Source: Bacteriovoracaceae bacterium
Lineage (GTDB): Bacteria > Bdellovibrionota > Bacteriovoracia > Bacteriovoracales > Bacteriovoracaceae
Direction: 5' to 3'
Length of the DNA: 50,001 bases
Assembly (NCBI GenBank): GCA_018649885.1
Contig: JABIHA010000079.1
Coordinates: 1-50,001 of the forward strand
The notes below the pieces were generated by a model. The model had not been told where the DNA came from and searched no databases. It saw only the letters and a program-made list of their open reading frames with translations. Of this stretch, positions 19,446 through 28,859 are shown piece after piece. Position 1 is the stretch's first letter; each line of letters begins with the position of its first letter. The position numbers and the translations under genes were made by a program.

Positions 19446-20583
19446 TGCTTTAATCATTTTATTACTACTCCCTACCACCCTAAGTGCAAAAGTAATTGGT
19501 GTTGTGGTTGCGATTAAGGGAAATGTATTTGCAATGGAATCGGGAAAAGCGATTCAATTGTCGCTTGGTGATGAGATCAAAGATTTCTATGATATTTTAA
19601 CTGAAGACGGTTCCGAAATTACAATTCGAGACTACCACGACCATGAATTTCATATGACGGGTGGAGCACATATTAAGTGGCTTAATAAAATGATTGAGCT
19701 CAAAAGAGGTTACGTCTGGGTACAATCACTTAATAAAAGTGAGAAATACGTCGTTCAGACATCAAATAGTGAAAGTAGCTTTTACCATGGTGAATTCATT
19801 CTATCTTTTGACCATGTCAGTGGTAAATCTCAAATTTTGGGTCTTGGAGGTCAGATTACATTTAGTAACCTTCTAGAAAAGCATCTTCACTATAAACTTA
19901 TTTCAGGACAATTTAGCTTTATAGATGATCATTACGAAGAAGGGATCCCACGGAAGCCTACTCAAGTCGGATTTTCATCATTTCAAAAAATAAGAGCTCT
20001 TTTTTCAGATGTTAAACCATTAACAAAATTAAATAAGAACACAATTGCAAGAAATGGACATGCTCTGCCTATGACTCCCCCTGTTGCCTCAAAAAAATCG
20101 CATGAGGCAAAGAGAATGCCTGCAAGTGTAGCTAGTGGTGGAGAAATCATCTTCGTAGAAAAAGAGCCACTTCCAGAGAAAAAGCCGGGTAACTTCAATT
20201 TGAATAAGTTTTACAAATCCAAATTGGTAGAAATTAGAAAGAAAAGATTGGCCAAGGATCCAAGGGAGTACAGAAAAAAGTCTGGTGTTCCTGTGAGAGT
20301 TTTCGGATCAGTTCCTTATGCCAAAAATATAGAGGATAAATATTCCAAAAAGACAGTTCGAAAATTTATTAGCCGTAGGCATAACAAGGCAAGATCACGT
20401 AGAGCTCCGGCAAGTGTGATGAAGAGCAGAGTTCAACCGCAGACATTTCAAAATGGGAATACATCAGACTTTGAGGCTTCATATCTAGATCACTATAAAA
20501 AGCAAATGAGACACTCTACAGACACCAATGGCTTGATCGACGAACTTCAAAATTTTAAAAACAACTATCAGAAATCTTGGTAA
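19405..20583 (+). CDS. Secreted FecR-like domain protein
   Basis: Signal peptide; V..IKG.V...L..GD.I....I.T..GS FecR-type pattern; basic tail with RMPAS and RAPAS. Confidence 0.75.
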   Translation: MVIMRNLLSAIRNSALIILLLLPTTLSAKVIGVVVAIKGNVFAMESGKAIQLSLGDEIKDFYDILTEDGSEITIRDYHDHEFHMTGGAHIKWLNKMIELKRGYVWVQSLNKSEKYVVQTSNSESSFYHGEFILSFDHVSGKSQILGLGGQITFSNLLEKHLHYKLISGQFSFIDDHYEEGIPRKPTQVGFSSFQKIRALFSDVKPLTKLNKNTIARNGHALPMTPPVASKKSHEAKRMPASVASGGEIIFVEKEPLPEKKPGNFNLNKFYKSKLVEIRKKRLAKDPREYRKKSGVPVRVFGSVPYAKNIEDKYSKKTVRKFISRRHNKARSRRAPASVMKSRVQPQTFQNGNTSDFEASYLDHYKKQMRHSTDTNGLIDELQNFKNNYQKSW

Positions 20584-20625
20584 TTAAAATCAAATTAAAC
20601 TCACCATTTACGGTACTTGACTAAT

Positions 20626-20653
20626 TAAGTTTAATTTTGTGGTTTCCCGATAA
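20626..20653 (+). promoter_or_regulatory. Sigma28-like promoter
   Basis: TAAG-N16-CCCGATAA immediately upstream of the AGGAGG RBS of ORF 20671. Confidence 0.55.
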
Positions 20654-20670
20654 TTTTAGGAGGAGTTGAG

Positions 20671-21204
20671 GTGGCCAAGATTATTTTGTCTTTATTATTT
20701 ATAGTATCTGCTGCACATGGAAGGTTGTCTGTGCAGGGTAATAAAATCGAGTTCGAAAATACTGGTTATAGCGCTAGATTTTCAAATCCTTGGAAGCTAA
20801 GTAGGTCCAGAAGAATATTGCAAGGACTTGTAGAGATAAGAAATCCTGAAGAAAACTTCAGCATTTATCTCAATGAAAGTTTGAGAACTCACAAGGGGCT
20901 CTCTAAAATAAAAATTGGAAACTTTGTAAAAGACGAGTGCAACCAGATAGCAAAAAGGCTGAAATTACAAAAGAAAACAGTGAGGTTTAAGAGTTCAAAA
21001 AATACTTGCGAAATCAAATATAGTCTAGGCTCTACAAAGTATTATCAAAAGCTTTTTTACGTAAAGAAAACAAGAGGAAAGGTTCCCGATGGAGTGTTTA
21101 TATATGCTCTCAGTAAAAACTATAAAATGAAAAGTGCAACTGAAGATAATAAGACCATGAGGCTAATTAAAGAAGTTTCAAAACGCTTAAGGGGTTTGAA
21201 ATGA
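20671..21204 (+). CDS. Secreted basic hypothetical protein
   Basis: Strong RBS, signal peptide, ATGA overlap with the next gene. Confidence 0.8.
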   Translation: MAKIILSLLFIVSAAHGRLSVQGNKIEFENTGYSARFSNPWKLSRSRRILQGLVEIRNPEENFSIYLNESLRTHKGLSKIKIGNFVKDECNQIAKRLKLQKKTVRFKSSKNTCEIKYSLGSTKYYQKLFYVKKTRGKVPDGVFIYALSKNYKMKSATEDNKTMRLIKEVSKRLRGLK

Positions 21205-23336
21205 AATTGATAGCTTTATTTATTGTCATGATGGTCCCAGTTTATGGATATACTCAAATTGATGATTTTGGAGAGCCTCTTTTTGCTTTAGGTGAACCAA
21301 TCGTAGATGCCACTTATAGACCAGATCGAGCCTGCCCTTTTAAGAGCCAGGGGTATTTATCTGAAAGAATTAAACAAGGGGTTGGCAACTTAGCACAAAA
21401 TGTGGATTCAGTTCTAAAAGGGTGTGACCTAGAGGGTCTTGGAGAAGGGGGAGATGAGATATTATTTCAATATACAGAATATCTAACGGCCCTAGAAAGC
21501 GTTGTATTTGATCCTTTTGCTGAGGCGGGAGTATTAAGCGGTGATGAAGCAGTAGATGATTTTGAGCTTTCGGGAACACAGCAATACAATTGTCTGACCT
21601 ATAAAGAGGAAATAAATAAGCAGTTTGAACTTGCCAGGGAATATTCCATTGAAAATGAAGATGGTATAAAATATACTATTTTTTCAAGTTGTATAGGAGT
21701 TAAGTCCTCCTTGGGAGCCTGTATTCTCGGTACCTATCAAGATTTGATGGCCGCCTCTGAAATTAAATGTTCTGCTGCTGCAGAAGCCTTAAAAACTTCA
21801 ACAAACGAACGAATTCCTGTAGATATTGCTGTCAAGGCCCAAGAGCTTCTTGAGAGAGTGTCTCTTCAAGTGGAAACAGCGAGATCAAGTGAGTGTATAA
21901 ACAATAGTGTTGCTCTTGATGTGACATCTAATTTACTTGATGTATCTTCATTTGTTGGCTCTGTATCTAGTGCATTTGCTAGTCCAGCAGGTTTACTTGT
22001 AGGAGCGGGAACATCTCTTATTTCTACTCTTGTAAATTTAATTGCAAAAATCCCAATTGAAAAAATAAAAGAACTTGGGACAAAACATGAGCAAACAAAA
22101 GAGTTTGTTAACTATGCATGCTTTTACAATGATCTTGAAAGTGAATATTTTAAGTGTCCTGAAAGGCTAAATTCTGAAAAACCAGTTCCAAAAAGTACTA
22201 AGCATATTTGTTTTGAACAATTTTATTACAATGCTGAAGAGGAAACCGGGTTTAAAGCGATTATAGATACCTTTGAAAATATTGATGAGTTTCAAGATAG
22301 AGAGTTTGCTAGGAAATTATCTATTCAAGAACATAAAAAGATACCAGTGCCCGTTTTTAATCCTGGGTCAAAAGAAATTATGCATACTAATATGAGCCCT
22401 GGTGAATTTATGAGTCATATGCAAAAAGAGATTCGCTCTCTTGAAGACAAAGACATAGAGGGTAGCGGACTGGCCCCATTTGATATTGCTTTAGCTGCGG
22501 GTGATCCTTCGGATGAAGACCAAAAGGCGTCCTTTTTAGGAGCGATGTCTTACGCTTATGAAAAATCAAGTGGAAGAAAATTGCCAGATGCTTTTATAGA
22601 GGGGATTAAACCAGGTCTTGAAAGTAGTAATTTTGATACCGCAATGAAGCTTTACTCTATTGCATTAGAAAAAAAGAGAGGTGAAAGCGATAAAAAATCA
22701 GTGGTAGAGATATTTGCAGAGGTCGAAGATAATTTTAAAGTTAACGACGACTTGATGAAAAAATACGATTTACTACAAAGTAAAAAAGGAGGTAGTTTAA
22801 ACTCTATTGATAAAACGGCTTATACGTTTGTTAGATCACTTTTAAAAGGAAAGTATACATCTCAAATTGCAGATAGATTTGGTGATACTCAAAACTTTTT
22901 TGGAGAAACTGAGAATTTTAAAAAATTCGCGAAAGGCATAAGAGAGAAGAAACCTATTAGTAAAACTCTATATGATTCTGTGGGCGCTGCATTTGATCAA
23001 AGCTTTGGCGAGCTTTATCGAAATTGTCATCTCGGTTATTCAATGCTTAATAATATTGATTATATTGGTGATAACTCCATTAGCTCAAATGCTGATTACA
23101 ATAAAAAATGCGGTCGCATTATTAACTGTTCACCCGCTACACATGCATCTCCTAAAGATAAGTCTGAAGACGAAATCATGCAGTTTCAGTGTCTCAGAAA
23201 ACAAAACTTTGAAAAAGATTTAGCAAAGATTAAAGCTAGATTTTTAAAGAATCCTACTGCTCCAGTTTGCAAGGATAAAGAAGATCAGTCCTTTTCACGT
23301 AATCAGCTTGTCTACAGCGGAACTATAGCCGATTAA
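21201..23336 (+). CDS. Secreted Cys-rich hypothetical protein with an internal hydrophobic helical segment
   Basis: Signal peptide, many Cys, segment FVGSVSSAFASPAGLLVGAGTSLISTLVNLI. Confidence 0.85.
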   Translation: MKLIALFIVMMVPVYGYTQIDDFGEPLFALGEPIVDATYRPDRACPFKSQGYLSERIKQGVGNLAQNVDSVLKGCDLEGLGEGGDEILFQYTEYLTALESVVFDPFAEAGVLSGDEAVDDFELSGTQQYNCLTYKEEINKQFELAREYSIENEDGIKYTIFSSCIGVKSSLGACILGTYQDLMAASEIKCSAAAEALKTSTNERIPVDIAVKAQELLERVSLQVETARSSECINNSVALDVTSNLLDVSSFVGSVSSAFASPAGLLVGAGTSLISTLVNLIAKIPIEKIKELGTKHEQTKEFVNYACFYNDLESEYFKCPERLNSEKPVPKSTKHICFEQFYYNAEEETGFKAIIDTFENIDEFQDREFARKLSIQEHKKIPVPVFNPGSKEIMHTNMSPGEFMSHMQKEIRSLEDKDIEGSGLAPFDIALAAGDPSDEDQKASFLGAMSYAYEKSSGRKLPDAFIEGIKPGLESSNFDTAMKLYSIALEKKRGESDKKSVVEIFAEVEDNFKVNDDLMKKYDLLQSKKGGSLNSIDKTAYTFVRSLLKGKYTSQIADRFGDTQNFFGETENFKKFAKGIREKKPISKTLYDSVGAAFDQSFGELYRNCHLGYSMLNNIDYIGDNSISSNADYNKKCGRIINCSPATHASPKDKSEDEIMQFQCLRKQNFEKDLAKIKARFLKNPTAPVCKDKEDQSFSRNQLVYSGTIAD

Positions 23337-23806
23337 TTTCTTTGGCACTCCCTAACAAGTGGCATCAAACTAGGATCAAATTCATCAATAAGTGGCCTTA
23401 CTTGATTAACAATTGATTTCTTTCTTCTTAAAATATGAACAAGACGGCAAAGGTTATCAACTCCTGTACCTGTATTAACGATTGAAAAACCAGTGACATT
23501 ATATTTAGTATCAAAAAATAGTGGGTATAGAAGCTCTTGATACTCTAGTCTTACAATTTGTCCGGAATATTTCTCAAGGCTGTCACCTAATTTTCCATCA
23601 CGAATAGAAAATTGCCATGTCAGCAGATCCCCACTTCCTAAATCTAAGATTCCTTCATGAGTTTTAAGTATCATACCTTTCTTAGATAATTTAACTAACC
23701 GTCCCGTTCTAGAACCTTTAGAGTAGCTGTAATTAAGAAGTCCGTAGATTACCGCTGCTACGATCAAACCAATAATCAGTACTGCAAATACAATCTTTTT
23801 TTTCAT
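23333..23806 (-). CDS. Membrane-anchored hypothetical protein
   Basis: N-terminal TM helix followed by YS.G.R.G.LVK.S.KG...KT.EG.L. Confidence 0.8.
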   Translation of the reverse strand: MKKKIVFAVLIIGLIVAAVIYGLLNYSYSKGSRTGRLVKLSKKGMILKTHEGILDLGSGDLLTWQFSIRDGKLGDSLEKYSGQIVRLEYQELLYPLFFDTKYNVTGFSIVNTGTGVDNLCRLVHILRRKKSIVNQVRPLIDEFDPSLMPLVRECQRN

Positions 23807-23810
23807 AGTT

Positions 23811-24425
23811 TCACTTTTTCTTTTTACTTTGGTTTAGAAAATTATCAATTATCTCTGAGGCTTTTGCCACTGTTATGTGAAAATCATTGTAGACAACTTC
23901 TCTACTGGGAGAAATTATCACTGCCCATGGAGTTCCGCCACTTTTATAATCGTACATACTCATGGATTTCTTTGCCCCTTCAAGGGAGCCGTCGTCATGG
24001 GCCATGGGGATATTTAATTTAAATCTATTTTTGATGCTGAGGACCTTCTGCTTTGAATTAACTTGAAGCCCTTCAAACACAGTTTGTATGGCATAAAACT
24101 CAACTGACTTATTGTCTTTGTATTTCTCACTCAAGGCCTTGATGGTGGGAAGCCCATGAGACAAGCACCCTGGGCACCAGCTTTGGAAGAAGTGTAAGTA
24201 AATTATTTTTCCATCTTGATCACTTAATTTATATGGCACTGTGGGCTTCCCCACAGGACTATACCAGAGCATTTTTCTGAATTCAGGGGCCAGTTTACCT
24301 AGAATTCCAAGCTTTCTTTTAGCTGGTAGCGGTCCAGAATTCAAAATACTGATAAAAAAAACAAGCGTGTAAATAAATTTTATTGAAGACACATCTAGCT
24401 CACAAAATATTGAATTAAATTTCAA
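23811..24425 (-). CDS. TlpA/redoxin family thioredoxin-fold protein
   Basis: APEF, FQSWCPGC, TVFEG and GTP motifs. Confidence 0.85.
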   Translation of the reverse strand: MKFNSIFCELDVSSIKFIYTLVFFISILNSGPLPAKRKLGILGKLAPEFRKMLWYSPVGKPTVPYKLSDQDGKIIYLHFFQSWCPGCLSHGLPTIKALSEKYKDNKSVEFYAIQTVFEGLQVNSKQKVLSIKNRFKLNIPMAHDDGSLEGAKKSMSMYDYKSGGTPWAVIISPSREVVYNDFHITVAKASEIIDNFLNQSKKKK

Positions 24426-24488
24426 TTAGTTAACATTATAACTGTCCTTATGCCAAAGGTCCTTAAAAGTTCACAACCTGAAAAATAT

Positions 24489-24515
24489 TAAGGTGTTAGC
24501 ATTGATAACCGATAG
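24489..24515 (+). promoter_or_regulatory. Sigma28-like promoter
   Basis: TAAG-N15-ACCGATAG, 27 nt upstream of ATG 24543. Confidence 0.55.
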
Positions 24516-24542
24516 GAATAGTAGGATTTTAAATAGAAGGTT

Positions 24543-25703
24543 ATGAAAAAATTTAAGATAATTTTATTTTTATTCAGCTTTGTTCTAAGCGCTTCCTCTT
24601 TTGCAAAAAAGAAAGGGGAAGTTTTCTATACAGTCGTTGAGGGTGATCAACTGGGAACTATTTTGTACTCACTTGGGTCTATTGGACTTTGGGGTCCGAA
24701 AGGAAGTGTCACCAAATTCGTAAATTCAGGCAAACCAGACGCCATGGTGCTTGAACCTGGAGATAAAGTATTCATAGAGGCCCAAATTATAAAATACGAA
24801 TGCAATATTCAATTTATCGGAACAAGAGAATTCATAATTCTTAGAAAAATGAGAAAGACAAAACAAAAAGAGCACTATTTAAAAACCTCTCATGATAAAT
24901 GCCTCGATTTTAGAATGATTTCTTCTATCTTTAAAGATGAAGATGAAGATGAAGATGAAGATAAAGATAAAATTGAAATTGAAGAAGAAAGCAAAGTTGA
25001 AGTTCAAAGAAAGGGAAGAAAATCGAGGATTACATTTGTTCCAAGAATTGGATATGGAAAAATTGATCTGGTTCAAAAAAATAATGGGGCAACGGGGCGG
25101 GCCATCTCAAAACTCAACACTGGCGGAAAGCTATCATGGGCCCAGCTTTGGAATGAAAGGCTTGAGACCTCTTTAATTTTCGATGTTGAGAAAAAACAAT
25201 TTGAGAAGGTCAATAACAGAACAGTCACAGGTCTAGGCCACACGCTATATAACTTTGGAATTGGAGGAAAGTTAAATTTACTTCGCTGGCTTGCTCTCGA
25301 AAGTGAGATCACTTATGGTAATGACATCATCGCAAGAGTTCCAAGCACCACCTCTATGACCATAGACCGAGGAAGTAATTATAAATTTAAAGGTGGAACT
25401 GAGATTACATTCGCCGATTTAAACCCATTTAAAATAGGTATGAATGCAGGCGCTATTTTAAAAACAGGAGTAGACACTGGAACCTATAAGTCGGATCTAG
25501 GTTGGGGGGGGGACTCTTCTATCTTTATTGAGCAACAATTTTCTGATGGAGTTACTGGAAGAGGAGGGTTGGGTTACCTTTATGAAAAAAGAAACACAGA
25601 CCTTGTAAGAGAAACCTTTACTGAAATGATATTCTTTTTTGGAGTTGGTGTTAACTTTGGAAGCGAAGATAAAAAATCCTCAAAAGAAGAAGGCCAGCAC
25701 TAG
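24543..25703 (+). CDS. Secreted protein with a LysM-like N-terminal domain and probable C-terminal outer-membrane beta-barrel
   Basis: Signal peptide SSFA; YTVVEGDQL..I ... L.PGD; alternating amphipathic strands ending FFGVGVNF. Confidence 0.75.
   Translation: MKKFKIILFLFSFVLSASSFAKKKGEVFYTVVEGDQLGTILYSLGSIGLWGPKGSVTKFVNSGKPDAMVLEPGDKVFIEAQIIKYECNIQFIGTREFIILRKMRKTKQKEHYLKTSHDKCLDFRMISSIFKDEDEDEDEDKDKIEIEEESKVEVQRKGRKSRITFVPRIGYGKIDLVQKNNGATGRAISKLNTGGKLSWAQLWNERLETSLIFDVEKKQFEKVNNRTVTGLGHTLYNFGIGGKLNLLRWLALESEITYGNDIIARVPSTTSMTIDRGSNYKFKGGTEITFADLNPFKIGMNAGAILKTGVDTGTYKSDLGWGGDSSIFIEQQFSDGVTGRGGLGYLYEKRNTDLVRETFTEMIFFFGVGVNFGSEDKKSSKEEGQH
24936..24983 (+). repeat. In-frame hexamer microsatellite
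   Basis: (GATGAA)4(GATAAA)2(ATTGAA)2 encoding DEDEDEDEDKDKIEIE. Confidence 0.85.
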
Positions 25704-25731
25704 GCTGACCCTTAATTATTAGTTTAACTTA

Positions 25732-28218
25732 TTAAAGAAATTCACCTTCTATGATCTTGATTAAAACTCCAGTGGGCATCTCTCCCATGGTAGGCTGGAT
25801 GAAATCAGGGATATCATCGAGACTTAGAGACTCATCTATCTCAACTTGGCACACTTCTTCCTCATCTATCTCGTCTAGTACACGAAAACCATACTTGGGC
25901 TTAACTTTATAAGAAACATTTGGATTAATGAGATCTGGATAATCGCCTTCAGGAATATTCACGATGTGGTCTTTTTCATAGTCGGGAAGGGCGCCGTCAT
26001 TTTCTCTAATCATCTGGTAGTAATCTGGGAGTCCAATGATGTGGCCATCAAAACCAAAAAATCCGTGTTCAATCCCTTTAGCATCAACAACTTGATTAAA
26101 GTAAACTGGCTCATCTAAAATTTCATACTCACCCGTCGATACAGATCTTAAATAGTGGACATAAGTATGTGAGTCTTCATCTTGATCATAATTCCAGGAA
26201 AAATATCTATCAAGTTCCTCTGAATAGAGTTTATTTTTGTGTGTCTGGACAAGGACTTCTGTTTGGTCATCAATAATTTCAACAAGTGCTTGAAGTGTAA
26301 AATTAAAGCGGTAGGTTCCTAAAAGCTCACCACCATTTTCATTTCTTTGAAAAATAATACCATCTAAAAGAGGCTCGTCGAGAGGTGTGACAGCATACTC
26401 CATAATTCTTGTAACTTCAGTAATTTCATTTTGTGAAGCATCGCCGACAAAAACCTTGTATTCAAATTGACCTGCATAGAGGCTATATTCTTTATTACTC
26501 TTTGGAAAATTAAATGGGTGAGGATTTGTTAGTACTGGATCCCAGTCATTTTGATTTTCTGGATTAAAGTAGGAATCAAACTGTACCCAGTCGGTACCAT
26601 CAAATTCCACAAAATAGGGCCTCCAGGTATAGATCTCTATTCTTGCGCCTGATTCAACAATAAGGGGAATCCTAGGGGACACACCATCAATTTCTTGGCC
26701 CAATAAATAAAATCCATCATTTGTGTCATTTACAAAAACCTGCCCGCCATTTGGTTGGTGAACAATAATCGCTGAGTGGTTTCTTTGTTCTTCATTGTTT
26801 TTATACTGGTACACATTGACGGCATCTGCTTCAAATTGATCACACACATTCCACTCATTGTAACCGGTGCAATTTCTAAAGCCCACTTCCGAGTCATAAT
26901 AGTAAATGAAGTGCTCACTTATCCATGAGGTAACCATACCATTTTTTAATTCTTCGATATTAGCGCTTGCAGATGAACTTTTAGACAAGTAGCCTTTGTA
27001 TTTTCCTGCATAGAAATACTCGCGAGTCACACCGTCATCACCACCATCGTGATGAGTTTCTTTAAATATAGTTCCAATCTCAATTTCTTCATCTTCATGG
27101 ATTCCATAAATCCCATGTCTTCCCCTCCAGGCACCATACCAAAAATACCTATCATGGCCTTCTTCTGAAGGGAGAACTAGTGAGTATCCATATTTTTTCT
27201 CTTTTTCAATATTTGATCCATCACTTTTGTAAACATTGTAGTCAACATAGACATCAGTAAATGAATGTCTACTTTTGCACACAGGGACATCACCCGTTTT
27301 CATTTTTACGTGATTGGGGTTGTAAGCGTATGATGCATTGACGACTTCAAAAGTATCTTCAAAACCTGGGTTATGGATTCTTTTGGGATAGGTAATGACT
27401 CCTTTTCCAGAGCTATCTGTTAAAATGAGTTTACCAACTGTTTGATGCTCATGATTATCAAAACCTTCTTCTTTAACAATGATAACTGATTTTCCTTCTG
27501 CATTAAGAGACGCGCTTGCAGAAAACTGTCCATTTGTGCTTAGGTCAGTTCTATCAATAGCAGCATTTAGTGTCCAAATACCATAGCGATTGGTAGCAGT
27601 TGCTGGAGCATAAATATGAAATTGGGCCTTGACCACTTCCTCTTCATCGCTAATCCAAACATCCACAATATTCACATTTTGTCCGTCAATAAGCTCCATC
27701 TTTGAATCGACGATCCATTTTTCCATTTCGGTCTCATGCTTATCTTCCCATTTTATAAGAGCAGCATAGGGGCCACTATTTATATTTAAAGGATCTTCAT
27801 ATTTAGTTTGTTTAAGTGCCTTTAAAATATGGTCTACGATATCAAATTGTTCGATAGATTTTTCGCTGACTTTTATATAGAGCTTGTCCTTATCAAAGTC
27901 TGTTGGTAGCTCATCCAGTGCACTAAGTACAAATTGTCCAGACTCTAGAGCATCAGCACTACTTACACTGTAGCTATCAATATTACTTTCTGGAGGAATA
28001 ACCTCAAGGCCATCTGGCAGTGAAAAACCAGAGACATCTGCCTGGACAGGAACTTGTACACCTCCACCGCCAGTTGCTGGGGGAGCAGCACTAACAGTAG
28101 TATCTGCAGAACTGGACGATTTCTTTGTGGCAGTGTCGAAACAGCCTTGATTTAAAATTAGTACTGGTAAAAAAAGAAGTGACCATGTTAGTTTTTCGAA
28201 ATTCCATTTTCGACTCAT
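25732..28218 (-). CDS. Large acidic lipoprotein of unknown function
   Basis: 828-aa ORF; hydrophobic signal ending in Cys (LILNQGC), S/A/P/G-rich linker, beta-rich aromatic body. Confidence 0.85.
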   Translation of the reverse strand: MSRKWNFEKLTWSLLFLPVLILNQGCFDTATKKSSSSADTTVSAAPPATGGGGVQVPVQADVSGFSLPDGLEVIPPESNIDSYSVSSADALESGQFVLSALDELPTDFDKDKLYIKVSEKSIEQFDIVDHILKALKQTKYEDPLNINSGPYAALIKWEDKHETEMEKWIVDSKMELIDGQNVNIVDVWISDEEEVVKAQFHIYAPATATNRYGIWTLNAAIDRTDLSTNGQFSASASLNAEGKSVIIVKEEGFDNHEHQTVGKLILTDSSGKGVITYPKRIHNPGFEDTFEVVNASYAYNPNHVKMKTGDVPVCKSRHSFTDVYVDYNVYKSDGSNIEKEKKYGYSLVLPSEEGHDRYFWYGAWRGRHGIYGIHEDEEIEIGTIFKETHHDGGDDGVTREYFYAGKYKGYLSKSSSASANIEELKNGMVTSWISEHFIYYYDSEVGFRNCTGYNEWNVCDQFEADAVNVYQYKNNEEQRNHSAIIVHQPNGGQVFVNDTNDGFYLLGQEIDGVSPRIPLIVESGARIEIYTWRPYFVEFDGTDWVQFDSYFNPENQNDWDPVLTNPHPFNFPKSNKEYSLYAGQFEYKVFVGDASQNEITEVTRIMEYAVTPLDEPLLDGIIFQRNENGGELLGTYRFNFTLQALVEIIDDQTEVLVQTHKNKLYSEELDRYFSWNYDQDEDSHTYVHYLRSVSTGEYEILDEPVYFNQVVDAKGIEHGFFGFDGHIIGLPDYYQMIRENDGALPDYEKDHIVNIPEGDYPDLINPNVSYKVKPKYGFRVLDEIDEEEVCQVEIDESLSLDDIPDFIQPTMGEMPTGVLIKIIEGEFL

Positions 28219-28287
28219 CTTGCCCCCAAAAGGTATAAAGAAGATTTATTTAACTTCCGCGTCCATCATGGACATGGGTTTAAATAG

Positions 28288-28304
28288 TGCAGGCCATCTG
28301 CCAA
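28288..28304 (-). promoter_or_regulatory. Sigma54-like promoter of the 828-aa lipoprotein
   Basis: Minus strand reads TTGGCAGATGGCCTGCA (GG-N10-GC), about 70 nt upstream of the start. Confidence 0.55.
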
Positions 28305-28491
28305 TTGGATACACCAGAAATTCAACGCCTAGGTACGGTGATTAATGATAAATATTTGGCCAGTGCTATTTTGGCCGTGTCTTTTAGTCAATTACCAATA
28401 ACATTTATTTAGGTACTTAGAGCGAGTATCACAGGGCTTCGGCCATTTTTTCATTCTATTAAAAAACGCAGCAAAAAGTTAGAATACTTAA

Positions 28492-28857
28492 ATGGATGAA
28501 TCAATCGCGGACATGGATGGAATTGACATTGAACAACCCGAACAAAGTAGTGAGGGGGACAGTGCCGAGGAGTATAACGAAGAAGCAGCAGCTTTACTGC
28601 AACAAGAATTTGAGAACTTTGAGTTTATACTCGATGTTCCACTTCCGGTCAGGGCCGAGTTAGGACAGTGTGATCTCAACTTGCGCGAGCTGATGCAGGT
28701 AGGTCAGGGTACAGTTCTTGAGCTTAATAAGCTCGCTGGTGAGCCCATGGAAGTCTATGTAAACGATAGGCTTATTGCAAAGGGCGAAGTTTTAATGGTT
28801 GGTGAAAAGTTCGGTGTTAGGCTAACTGATATCAACAGTCCCCTAGAAAAAGAATAA
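28492..28857 (+). CDS. fliN: Flagellar motor switch protein FliN (FliN/SpoA domain), orphan copy
   Basis: ILDVPL.V.AELG...L.....G.V.EL.KLAGEP..V.VN..LIA.GEV......FGVR.TDI. Confidence 0.9.
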   Translation: MDESIADMDGIDIEQPEQSSEGDSAEEYNEEAAALLQQEFENFEFILDVPLPVRAELGQCDLNLRELMQVGQGTVLELNKLAGEPMEVYVNDRLIAKGEVLMVGEKFGVRLTDINSPLEKE

Positions 28858-28859
28858 TA

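Noticed and set aside
24879..25176. MKMKMK and FIFIFI repeat ORFs
   Set aside because: Alternative-frame readings of the GATGAA microsatellite.
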